From positions 873 to 64,872 of the forward strand of contig DALTWG010000001.1 in NCBI GenBank assembly GCA_029987245.1: DNA of 64,000 nucleotides, read 5' to 3'. This document shows, one piece after another, positions 22,132-30,880 of the stretch (its first letter is position 1; each line of letters begins with the position of its first letter). Position numbers and translations under genes: made by a program. Source of the stretch: Methanocorpusculum sp. Its GTDB lineage: Archaea; Halobacteriota; Methanomicrobia; Methanomicrobiales; Methanocorpusculaceae. Below the pieces are notes generated by a model, which was not told where the DNA came from, ran no database searches, and saw nothing but the letters and a program-made list of their open reading frames with translations.

Positions 22132-23264
22132 AAGGCATGCTCCCTGTTCCAGTTCACTATCCAGTCTTCAATTACCTCAAGCGGCGCAAGCGTTTTGATT
22201 CCGGTGCCGGCGAAATGGGTTTTTGTCGTGTAATAGCCCGCTTCGTTCAGTCCATCGATGAGTTCGGTCATCTTCGGCGGGGAAAGGTGCAGTTTCTGTG
22301 CCAGGATGTGATAATCATAGAATGACGCAGTATCGGGCTCTATTTTCAGGAGAGATAGCATTTTTTCCATCTGCCGCGCGGTACCGAACTGCATGGAAGG
22401 CAGTGTTTCAAGCATGGCGTCGATAACCGCCCCGGTCTGCAGCGGTCCGACCCACATCGGGCCGATTGGCTGCAGTTCGGCGCCGCAGTGCGGACACACC
22501 GCTCCCTTCGGGAGCAGAGTGCCTTTCTGCTCAACCCGAAAGCGGCATTTGGAGCAGTGCATGACAAAACCGATGTTTTGCATAGTGTCTTCTGCGGCGG
22601 TGACGCGGCTGATTATTTTCACATGCGTTCTGTAATAGTGCGCGTTTGCAAAACTCAAGAGGGGCGTCATCCCGCGGTCATATTTAACGAGTTCCTTTGC
22701 CACGGCACCCATCATGATGCGAAGGCCCACTTCGGCATGGTACTCGGTATTGCGCGGCGTTGCAAAGTACCGGCGCCGTCCCGCGGCTAAGTGCGCGCCG
22801 CAGAGGGGCGCCGTATCAGTGGCGGTGACAAAAAGATACTGTTTTGCGGCGCGGGATGCGGCGTCTAAAAAGGGTGCCGGAGTGCCGAAGGGGTCCAAAT
22901 CTATCGCGTCATAGCGCCCGGAGCACATAAGGCGGTTTGCGTCGTCGCAGGTCACGGTGATATCTTCATGCATGCGGGCCGCGTTTTCGCGGATGATGGA
23001 GACCGCGGTTTCATCACGGTCGTTTATGAACACCGGGATGTGGACTTCGTTTGCGATGCGAAGTCCGCGCACCCCGGTTGCGGCCATAGTATCCAGATAT
23101 TCGACGGGTTGAATGACCTGCGCAAGAAGCACGGTCATGTCACGGTTGAATTCCATTCGGGTATTGTAAAAAACCGGTGCGGTCCCGGGGGGGAACTGGG
23201 CGTCCGCTTCCTGGACAGGCGCACGAAATACGGTGCTTCCTTCGGTTATTTCATGTAAATGCAT
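22128..23264 (-). CDS. trm1: tRNA (guanine-N2)-dimethyltransferase
   Basis: VFYNTRMEFNRD, ATGVRGLR, IDLDPFGTP, VTATDTAPLCG, Zn-ribbon CxxC...CxxC. Confidence 0.95.
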   Translation of the reverse strand: MHLHEITEGSTVFRAPVQEADAQFPPGTAPVFYNTRMEFNRDMTVLLAQVIQPVEYLDTMAATGVRGLRIANEVHIPVFINDRDETAVSIIRENAARMHEDITVTCDDANRLMCSGRYDAIDLDPFGTPAPFLDAASRAAKQYLFVTATDTAPLCGAHLAAGRRRYFATPRNTEYHAEVGLRIMMGAVAKELVKYDRGMTPLLSFANAHYYRTHVKIISRVTAAEDTMQNIGFVMHCSKCRFRVEQKGTLLPKGAVCPHCGAELQPIGPMWVGPLQTGAVIDAMLETLPSMQFGTARQMEKMLSLLKIEPDTASFYDYHILAQKLHLSPPKMTELIDGLNEAGYYTTKTHFAGTGIKTLAPLEVIEDWIVNWNREHAL

Positions 23265-23270
23265 ATCTTA

Positions 23271-23345
23271 CGGGCATGCAGGGATTCGAACCCTGGATCT
23301 TCAGCTTAGGAGGCTGATGCCATATCCTGGCTTGGCTACATGTCC
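23271..23345 (-). tRNA. tRNA-Arg(CCU)
   Basis: Reverse complement GGACATG...TCAGC-CT-CCT-AA-GCTGA...GGTTCGAATCC...CATGCCCG. Confidence 0.95.
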
Positions 23346-23483
23346 ACTGTTCTTTATTATTTGGCAGGCTGTGCTTATCTTTTTATCGAGATAGGAGGTT
23401 GGGTGAAGGAAGGAGGAGAAATGGAGGATGATGTTCAAAGCGGTGACTTTATATCATACGGAGTGCAATATTATAGAGCACAA

Positions 23484-23555
23484 GTCCCGGTAGGGTAGAG
23501 GATATCCTTGGAGCCTGCGGAGCTTCAGACTGGGGTTCGAATCCCCGTCGGGACG
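23484..23555 (+). tRNA. tRNA-Arg(GCG)
   Basis: GTCCCGG/TCGGGAC acceptor, GGAGC-CT-GCG-GA-GCTTC anticodon arm, GGTTCGAATCC. Confidence 0.93.
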
Positions 23556-23701
23556 TAATACATTTTTTGTTTAATTCTCTTCAACCTGTTTCCTGTCTTT
23601 ACCATGCTCATTCACCGTTGATATAAATCCAAGACGGCAAACCGTCACCGATTTTGTATATACGTTCTGTCTTTTTATCTCATGCAAACCAATAATATAC
23701 T

Positions 23702-24922
23702 ATGACAGCATCCAAAATTCTACTCTTAATAATTGACGGCGTCGGCGACCGGCCGTGTGAATGTCTCGGCGGAAAAACCCCGCTTCAGGCAGCAAACATC
23801 CCGAACCTTGACCGCATGGCAGCTGAAGGCATAACCGGTATAATGGACCCGATTGCACCGGGAATCCGCGCCGGCTCCGATACGTCGCACTTAAGTTTGC
23901 TCGGCTACCCCCCGCAGAACTACTACACCGGCCGCGGACCGCTGGAAGCAGCCGGCTGCGGCATCAAAATGCAGCCGGGCATGATAGGATTCAGAGCAAA
24001 CTACGCGACCCTGGACGAAAACGGCCTTGTCTGTGACCGCCGCGCAGGACGGATTAATGATACAACAGAAATCTCCGCCGCGATTAAAAACGGCGTTGAC
24101 CTCTCGAAATACGGCGTAACCATTGAATTCGAGCCGGGCACCGGACACCGCGCGGCGCTGGCTCTTAAAGGCAAAGGACTGTGCGCGGCGGTTTCCACCA
24201 ATGACCCGAAAAAGACCGGCGTCGCACCTAAAATCATTGTCGCAGAAAATGAAAGCCCTGAAGCAAAGTTCACCGCAGAAGTTTGCAACGAATTTACGCG
24301 CCAGGCAGAGGAAATCCTTAAAAACCATCCGGTAAACAAGGCGCGAAAAGAGTCGGGCGCGCTTCCTGCAAACTGCGTCTTAATCCGCGGTGCCGGCGAA
24401 ATGGGCGTCTTTGAGCCATTCGAGAAAAAACACGAACTCACCGGCAGCGTAGTCGCCGCAGCGGCGCTTATTGCAGGAATCGGAAGCTCCGTAGGCCTTG
24501 AGCGCATTCCAGTCCTTCCCACCACGCCGCTTGCAGAACAGGTGGCTCTTGTAAGCAAAGAACTCGAGCACAAGGACTTTGTGCTCTTCAACATCAAAAA
24601 CGCTGACGAATACGGCCACGACGGCAAAGCGGAAGAGAAGAAGGCCTTCCTGGAAAAAATCGATGAAGCGGTTGCGCCGCTCCTTGATATACCCGACCTG
24701 CTGATTGCGGTTTGCGGCGACCACTCGACCCCGTGCACCATAAAAGAACACAGCGCCGACCCGGTGCCGTTGATTATCCACGGCGACGGGGTGCGTGTGG
24801 ATGATGTAGCGAAATACGATGAACTCTCCTGCGCCAAGGGGGCAATGTGCCGCATCTGCGGGTCCGGTCTGATGGCAGTTCTTCTGGACCTCGTTGACAA
24901 AACGCATAAGTATGGTGCATAA
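23702..24922 (+). CDS. apgM: 2,3-bisphosphoglycerate-independent phosphoglycerate mutase, archaeal type
   Basis: IIDGVGDRP, GKTPLQAA, GSDTSHLSLLGY, GRGPLEA, DEYGHDG, GDHSTP. Confidence 0.95.
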   Translation: MTASKILLLIIDGVGDRPCECLGGKTPLQAANIPNLDRMAAEGITGIMDPIAPGIRAGSDTSHLSLLGYPPQNYYTGRGPLEAAGCGIKMQPGMIGFRANYATLDENGLVCDRRAGRINDTTEISAAIKNGVDLSKYGVTIEFEPGTGHRAALALKGKGLCAAVSTNDPKKTGVAPKIIVAENESPEAKFTAEVCNEFTRQAEEILKNHPVNKARKESGALPANCVLIRGAGEMGVFEPFEKKHELTGSVVAAAALIAGIGSSVGLERIPVLPTTPLAEQVALVSKELEHKDFVLFNIKNADEYGHDGKAEEKKAFLEKIDEAVAPLLDIPDLLIAVCGDHSTPCTIKEHSADPVPLIIHGDGVRVDDVAKYDELSCAKGAMCRICGSGLMAVLLDLVDKTHKYGA

Positions 24923-24950
24923 CATAGTATAAGTATAGAAAGATAGCCTT

Positions 24951-26066
24951 ATGTCAGACAGGATAATAGTTGCTGAATCGGAAACGGAGGAGCAGTACCT
25001 TAGGATTCCCGATTTAACGCCGGAAGAAGAAAAGGAACTGGAAGAGCGCGCTAAAGAAAACGAAAACCCGAAATCAGCCGGGATAACTCCCGCACCAGCT
25101 CCAGCGGATGCCCCGACGCCCGCGCCGGAAGAAAAAACCCTTCCCGAAGAGGCGGAACCGCTGTTTACCGAAATTACCGCCGGCGAAGATGTTTTAAAGG
25201 AACTTGCCAGAATCGATGAAGAAACCGCATCCGTTGTCCTGTCTGCATCGGAAATATTCAATACCTGCGTTCTTCCTGAAAAAACCGAACTCCAGGAACA
25301 CCTTATCAAAACCAAAAACGACGTCCTGATTGGCGACCATGCAACTATCGGCTACGGCATCTATGGAAATGACGTGGTTATCTGCGAACTGTGCGAACTC
25401 TTCGGTGACGTAGTCGCTGAAGGCGACCTGCGCATTGACAACTTCTGCGAGGTCCACGGGACCGTAATCTGCAACGGGGACGCATATCTCGGCGAGGGAG
25501 TGAAAATCCACGGAAAACTTACCGTCGGCGGCAATCTTGACATCGGCGACAAGGTTGAGATTGAAAAAGAGTTCAAAGCATACGGCGATATTGCAATCCG
25601 CAATCCGATGCCGGTTATTTTGTATCTCCTGCTCTATGTCATTACGATGCTGCATATTGAGGGCGAGGAAAAAACCAATAAAAAACTTGCCGAACTCGTT
25701 TCCGAGGCAAACACCACGCCTTTAGTGCTTCCGCCGAAGACAAACATGGACCTGGCGCAGTTTGCGGTGCCCACACCGATGGAAATCGGTGCAAACTGCC
25801 GTCTGCACGGAAATTTAAAAGCGCAGTCGGTGAAAATGCTCAAAGACACAACGCTGTTTGGAAGCATCCGCGCGGTCGACCGTATTAAAATCGGTCCGCG
25901 TGATGCAATTCACGGCGATGTTGCAGGCGCGCGGGTGCGTGTTGAGCGGGGCGCGGACATCCTTGGCGATGTAACCGGAAAAACAGTGTGGCTGCATGAA
26001 GATGCGCATGTTTCAGGGCTTATTCGTGCAGACGAGGGACTCACCATCGGGAGGTCGGAAACATGA
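24951..26066 (+). CDS. Polymer-forming cytoskeletal (bactofilin-like beta-helix) family protein
   Basis: Repeated GDVVAEGDLRI/GTVICNGDAYL-type beta-helix units in two blocks around a hydrophobic segment. Acidic Pro-rich N-terminus. Confidence 0.7.
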   Translation: MSDRIIVAESETEEQYLRIPDLTPEEEKELEERAKENENPKSAGITPAPAPADAPTPAPEEKTLPEEAEPLFTEITAGEDVLKELARIDEETASVVLSASEIFNTCVLPEKTELQEHLIKTKNDVLIGDHATIGYGIYGNDVVICELCELFGDVVAEGDLRIDNFCEVHGTVICNGDAYLGEGVKIHGKLTVGGNLDIGDKVEIEKEFKAYGDIAIRNPMPVILYLLLYVITMLHIEGEEKTNKKLAELVSEANTTPLVLPPKTNMDLAQFAVPTPMEIGANCRLHGNLKAQSVKMLKDTTLFGSIRAVDRIKIGPRDAIHGDVAGARVRVERGADILGDVTGKTVWLHEDAHVSGLIRADEGLTIGRSET

Positions 26067-26902
26067 AATCGGTTGCAGAAATGCTGGAACTTGACGCAGT
26101 CCGCTTTCTTGAACCGGATTATGCATCGCTCGTAAATCAGGGGGAGCCGGGGGTTATTATTGCGCAGTCGGCTTCGCAAATCAGCGATGCGCGGATGCTG
26201 ATTGATGAAAAGCAAAACCCTGTAGTGCTTGCAGTCCGCTCAGGCGATGAGTGGGCTGCCACGGCGTGGGCTTTTCGCCCGCCGACGCAGGAGGAGATTG
26301 AACTGTTCCAGAAACTGGACGGCAATCTCTATCAGGAGCCGCGTTCGGATATCGATAATGCGCTGCGGACGCATTTCTCGCGCGAGATGCGAACACAGTA
26401 TGCGCCCGCAGGCGAAGACCTGACTGAGGAGCGTATCAACAAAGTACGCTCGCTTCTTGCGGAGTATTTCGGGGAAAATCTGTCAGGTACGGCGATTGAT
26501 GCCTGCGCGGGATCGGGTATCGGTTCCATGATTATGCGTGAACTGGGCGCGCGCCCTCTTGCGTATGACAATGACCCGGAACTTCTTTCGCTCGGTTTGT
26601 CTTTAGGGCGTCTGCGCGAAGAGGAGACAGAGTGGATTGACGGGCGCTCGGCTTCTGCCTATCTGCCGGATGCGGAATACGGTGTCGGGATAATGTTTGG
26701 GCAGATGTACAATTACACAAAGGATCTGTGGCAGCCGATTGTAGAAGAACTGGCAGGGATTACGCAGAAAACGCTTATTACGGTTGCAACCCGCGAGGAG
26801 GCCGAATGGGTCTGCGAGTGGGCGGCAGGTGTGGGGCGCAATCTTTCGATTTTTGAAAATGAACGTGACCCGATTTACGACCGGTGGGTCTGTTTCGGGT
26901 AA
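26063..26902 (+). CDS. Conserved hypothetical protein with class I SAM-methyltransferase-like motif
   Basis: AIDACAGSGIGS glycine-rich motif and AYDND. Overlaps the upstream stop (ATGA). Confidence 0.65.
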   Translation: MKSVAEMLELDAVRFLEPDYASLVNQGEPGVIIAQSASQISDARMLIDEKQNPVVLAVRSGDEWAATAWAFRPPTQEEIELFQKLDGNLYQEPRSDIDNALRTHFSREMRTQYAPAGEDLTEERINKVRSLLAEYFGENLSGTAIDACAGSGIGSMIMRELGARPLAYDNDPELLSLGLSLGRLREEETEWIDGRSASAYLPDAEYGVGIMFGQMYNYTKDLWQPIVEELAGITQKTLITVATREEAEWVCEWAAGVGRNLSIFENERDPIYDRWVCFG

Positions 26903-26944
26903 ACAACCCAAACACTAAATAGTTAGCCTCTCCTATTTACATAC

Positions 26945-27874
26945 ATGAAACAATCCTGTTTATCCGGCATACTGGGGCTTGCTGTAGGTGACGCTTTAGG
27001 CGTCCCCGTGGAATTTCTTTCCCGCAGCCGGCTGAAAGAAAATCCCGTTACCTCTATGCGCGGCTTTGGAACATGGGACAAGCCGGCCGGGACCTGGTCT
27101 GATGATACCAGTCTGACGCTTGCAACGCTCGACAGCCTTGCAGGAGGGATTGATCCGGAAGACTGCATGAACAAATTCGCCGCATGGTTCCATGAGGGAA
27201 AATACACCCCGGACGGCGATATGTTTGATGTCGGAAACACAACGTGTTCTGCGATACAAAACCACAGACCGGGCACAACCGAGCGGGATAACGGTAACGG
27301 TTCTCTTATGCGGATTCTGCCCGCAGTTTACGCCGCTTATGCAAAATACGGCTCTGATGCGGTAAAAACGCCGGCGGCGTTTGACCTCATTCATACCTAT
27401 TCCGCGCTTACGCACGCGCATCCAATAAGCAAAATGACCTGCGGCATTTATGCCTGCGTTGCAGTCAAGCTCCTTGACGGCGAGGACAAGGTCTGGGCGG
27501 TGGAGGAAGGGGCGTCCGCCGCCGCGCGGTATTATCATGAAAATCCCGAGTTCCGGCCGTGGTATCAGTACTTCACGCGTATTTTTAACCGCATTCTGGG
27601 AAATATCGGCGAGGTTGGAATCAGGAGCGGGGGCTTTGCGGTGGATACACTGGAGGCGGCGCTGTGGGTTTTGCTGACACAGGAGTCGTTTGAAGCAACG
27701 GTGCTGCATGCGGTAAATTTAGGTGAGGACACCGATACAACAGCAGCTGTCGCAGGCGGTCTTGCAGGGATTTTATACGGCGCGGAGGCGATTCCAAAAG
27801 AGTGGAAAGCAGGGCTTCTGGGGCGGGAAGAGCTTGAAGCGCTGTGCAGGACGTTTGATGAAAAGTGGTTTTGA
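26945..27874 (+). CDS. ADP-ribosylglycohydrolase (DraG/ARH family)
   Basis: GLAVGDALGVPVEF, GTWSDDT, NGNGSLMRILP, THAH, VNLGEDTDTTAAVAGGLAG. Confidence 0.93.
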   Translation: MKQSCLSGILGLAVGDALGVPVEFLSRSRLKENPVTSMRGFGTWDKPAGTWSDDTSLTLATLDSLAGGIDPEDCMNKFAAWFHEGKYTPDGDMFDVGNTTCSAIQNHRPGTTERDNGNGSLMRILPAVYAAYAKYGSDAVKTPAAFDLIHTYSALTHAHPISKMTCGIYACVAVKLLDGEDKVWAVEEGASAAARYYHENPEFRPWYQYFTRIFNRILGNIGEVGIRSGGFAVDTLEAALWVLLTQESFEATVLHAVNLGEDTDTTAAVAGGLAGILYGAEAIPKEWKAGLLGREELEALCRTFDEKWF

Positions 27875-27903
27875 GACGAGGATTTTGGCGAGGCTAAGCA
27901 GGG

Positions 27904-28032
27904 CTACAGAATAAACTGTAGAATAAACTGTAGAATAAACTGCAACATAAACTGCAGAATAACTACAGGAAAACTATAAATATAGCATAGAATAAAACTA
28001 TAGAATAAACTGCAGTACAACTACAGAATAAA
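27904..28032. repeat. Degenerate ~12-bp tandem repeat, about 11 units, consensus CTRYAGAATAAA
   Basis: CTACAGAATAAA CTGTAGAATAAA CTGTAGAATAAA CTGCAACATAAA CTGCAGAATAA... read directly from the sequence. Confidence 0.9.
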
Positions 28033-28079
28033 AGTACCGGTGCCGCCGAAAACCGCTTCAAAAAATACCTGGAAAAACC

Positions 28080-29369
28080 ATGAATCTTGGAATTGAAACC
28101 GAACACATAGAATTTAAAGAAACAACCGGACAGCTTCAGCGTGCTCTGGAAGCCCTTGCTGCAATGCTGAACAAACACGGAAAAGGCAAAGTGCTCTTCG
28201 GTGTAAATGACAAAGGAGAAGTAATCGGACATACTGTCGGCAATAAAACCATAACCTCCATATCTCAGGCAATTGCAGCCGGAATAAAACCCTCTGTAAT
28301 TCCAGTTATCGAAATACAGAACTATGACGGAAAACTCGTAATATCCGTAGAAGTCGAAGGAACAAACAAACCCTACAGTGCAAAAGGAGAATACCTCATC
28401 AGAGCAGGAAACGAAAACCGCAAACTCGAACCCCACCAGCTACGTGAACTGCTGTTTCAGAACTGCGGCGAACTGACTGTATCGATGGAATCGCCGAACC
28501 AGGACCTCACCTTCAAACAACTGAAAGGTCTCTATCTTGCTCAAGGGTTAACCATCGATGAAACAACCTTTGCAAAAAATACCGGTCTGCTTACACCGTC
28601 CGGAAAATACAACTGCCTTGCAGAACTATTAGCAGATGAAAACAACTGCTCCATCAAAGTAGTCCGATTCAGCGGACAGGACAAACAGGAGATACGTATC
28701 AGAAACGAATACGGTTACAAATGCATGCTCCTTGCCATGCAGCAGGCATACGAATATGTAACCTCCCTGAATGAAACCCGTATCACCGTTGGAAAAAATC
28801 TGACGCGCGATGAACAGCCCCTCTTTGACGCGGCATGCTTCAATGAAGCATGGACAAACGCATGTCTGCATACCAAATGGAATCTTCGCATACCTCCTGC
28901 AGTTTACATGTTTGACGACAGAATTGAGGTGATTTCGACGGGGGGACTGCCAGCAGATTATCCGCCCGAAGATTTTTTTGCAGGTGTCAGCCATCCGGTA
29001 AATATACAGTTGCAGAAAATCATGGGGCAGCTCCAGTATGTTGAACAAACCGGGCACGGAGTGCCGAAAATCACCGCAAAATACGGCAGAGAGGTTTTTG
29101 ACATCGCAGAAAACCACATAACAGTTACGATTCCTTTTGCATATCCGTTATCCGGTCAGAGAGTTCCCGGGAAAAACAGTTCCAGTTCAACTGAATACAT
29201 CCTGCAGCTTCTTTTGGAAAACCCGACGCTGAAAGCACAGGAAATTGCAGATCTTGCAGCTTTAAGTGTATCCCGGGTGAATCAGATTCTTAAAACGCTG
29301 AAAAACGAGGGTAAAATCGCACGTGTCGGAGCAAACCGGGGCGGCCACTGGGAAATCCTGGAAAAATAA
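28080..29369 (+). CDS. Schlafen/AlbA_2 domain + HATPase_c_4-like domain + C-terminal wHTH protein
   Basis: ETEHIEFKE, AMLNKHGKGKVLFGVNDKG, EAWTNACLH, FDDRIEVISTGGL, EQTGHG, wHTH ending RVGANRGGHWEI. Confidence 0.88.
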   Translation: MNLGIETEHIEFKETTGQLQRALEALAAMLNKHGKGKVLFGVNDKGEVIGHTVGNKTITSISQAIAAGIKPSVIPVIEIQNYDGKLVISVEVEGTNKPYSAKGEYLIRAGNENRKLEPHQLRELLFQNCGELTVSMESPNQDLTFKQLKGLYLAQGLTIDETTFAKNTGLLTPSGKYNCLAELLADENNCSIKVVRFSGQDKQEIRIRNEYGYKCMLLAMQQAYEYVTSLNETRITVGKNLTRDEQPLFDAACFNEAWTNACLHTKWNLRIPPAVYMFDDRIEVISTGGLPADYPPEDFFAGVSHPVNIQLQKIMGQLQYVEQTGHGVPKITAKYGREVFDIAENHITVTIPFAYPLSGQRVPGKNSSSSTEYILQLLLENPTLKAQEIADLAALSVSRVNQILKTLKNEGKIARVGANRGGHWEILEK

Positions 29370-29417
29370 CTCTATTTTTTCAACTGAATAAAGTTACAAA
29401 AAAACAAAACAAAAGAA

Positions 29418-29490
29418 CGTCCAAGTCGGAATTCGAATCCGAGTCGCAGCCGTGACAGGGCTGCATGATAGGCCACTACACTACTTGGAC
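29418..29490 (-). tRNA. tRNA-Asp(GUC)
   Basis: Reverse complement GTCCAAG...CAGCC-CT-GTC-AC-GGCTG...ATTCGAAT...CTTGGACG. Confidence 0.95.
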
Positions 29491-29516
29491 ATTCAAGTGT
29501 CAGAGTCATTCTAAAA

Positions 29517-29623
29517 TGGTCCCGACTCCCGGAATCGAACCGGGGACATCTCGGTTCCTACAAGGAAATCCCGCAGGATAAACTAACTACAGCCGAGCTC
29601 TCTACCGTCTGAGATAAGTCGGG
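29517..29623 (-). tRNA. tRNA-Tyr(GUA) with ~31-nt intron at 37/38 (about 29556-29586) and encoded CCA
   Basis: CCCGACT...CTCGG-CT-GTA-G [TTAGTTTATCCTGCGGGATTTCCTTGTAGGA] A-CCGAG...GGTTCGATTCC...AGTCGGG-A-CCA. Confidence 0.92.
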
Positions 29624-29732
29624 AATGACTGCTTTAATTAGAATGATGTATGAGAATATAAACGTGCCGGTTTGATGCATCGAAAAAAGACGCAAAATAC
29701 ATATCAGAATACTATCCAACTACTTACCCGAA

Positions 29733-29948
29733 ATGAATGGATTTGCAATAGTCGGCTGCCCCAGATGCCATCGAAAAATGGTCGCAGACCTCTCTTATGA
29801 GACCAAAACCTGCCAGTGCGGAAACAAAATACAACTGAAAAAAGTACGCATTTTTGCGCGGGCAGACACCGCCGCCGATGCCGGAGAACTCCTGCGCGCA
29901 CTCGAACGGGGACAAAACACCGGCTTTACCTCGGCACAGGACCTGTGA
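29733..29948 (+). CDS. Small Zn-ribbon protein (DUF1922-like)
   Basis: IVGCPRC...KTCQCG, 71 aa. Confidence 0.7.
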   Translation: MNGFAIVGCPRCHRKMVADLSYETKTCQCGNKIQLKKVRIFARADTAADAGELLRALERGQNTGFTSAQDL

Positions 29949-29964
29949 GATAAGCCTCGCGCGC

Positions 29965-30828
29965 CTAATCCAGTTTCATATTGCGCGTTGGTTTTACCAC
30001 CATCTTCGGCGGCTTAGTTTCCGGGACAAACGAATCAAATATGAAAATATCTCCGGTATCGAGAGACTCTTTCAGCGTTTTTTCATCCTGCACCGTCCAG
30101 AAAACAACAGCCGGCGCAAAAAGATACCGGCAGATAAACTGACTTACCTGTTTTTTATGACGCACATCACATGCAATAAAATCCGGATAGGTAAGGAAAT
30201 TTGACAAAAGATTTTCCTGAATAAGTTTTGCAAAAAAATTCACCTGCACCTTCTCTGCAAAAAACGACGTGGTTAAAATCCCGCGCAGAAAATGTTTCCG
30301 GTGCAGCCTGAACCAGAAAACCGCGGCCGGAGAAAACGACTCGATACAAAACGCCCCGCGATACAAATCAAGCAGCGCCGCGGTTTTAGCGCACAGCTCT
30401 TTGGTATTTTTTTGCGGCTTAAGTTCCACAATCACGGGAACTTTACCCTGAATTTCTGCAAGCACCGCGGAGAATTTCGGAACCGCCGCGCATTCTTCAA
30501 AAATCCGCACACGCTCGAGCTCGGCAAAAGTCATCTCCTCAATTCTGCGGTCAATGCCCGCCGCACGCAAAAGTGTATCGTCATGGAACACAACAACCTC
30601 TCCGTCTCTGGTTAACCGCACATCAAGTTCAATTCCGTAACCCGCTTTCACCGCGTTTTTAAACGCGGGCAGCGTGTTTTCCGCAGCCCCCTTGCCCCAC
30701 AACCCCCGATGTGCAATAAACTGCTTTGAAAACGCAATCATCTCCGCCTTGCGCGACAGTTTCGGACATATCAGAAACAGATAGAACAGGATTACAAGGC
30801 ACAGTACAACAAGCGGGACAATATTCAT
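29965..30828 (-). CDS. Glycerophosphodiester phosphodiesterase with N-terminal membrane anchor
   Basis: IAHRG, ENTLPAF, GIELDVRLTRDG, VFHDDTL. True start taken at MNIVPLVV because the upstream ORF extension overlaps hps antisense. Confidence 0.88.
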   Translation of the reverse strand: MNIVPLVVLCLVILFYLFLICPKLSRKAEMIAFSKQFIAHRGLWGKGAAENTLPAFKNAVKAGYGIELDVRLTRDGEVVVFHDDTLLRAAGIDRRIEEMTFAELERVRIFEECAAVPKFSAVLAEIQGKVPVIVELKPQKNTKELCAKTAALLDLYRGAFCIESFSPAAVFWFRLHRKHFLRGILTTSFFAEKVQVNFFAKLIQENLLSNFLTYPDFIACDVRHKKQVSQFICRYLFAPAVVFWTVQDEKTLKESLDTGDIFIFDSFVPETKPPKMVVKPTRNMKLD

Positions 30829-30880
30829 TATACAATGTAGTACCACAACCAATATACACTTTTCATTCAAATCTATTAGT

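Noticed and set aside
24001..25315. Long antisense ORFs (299 and 311 aa), and similar ones at 41467-42354, 56620-57516 and 59838-60626
   Set aside because: Shadows of well-supported genes on the opposite strand, with no motifs.
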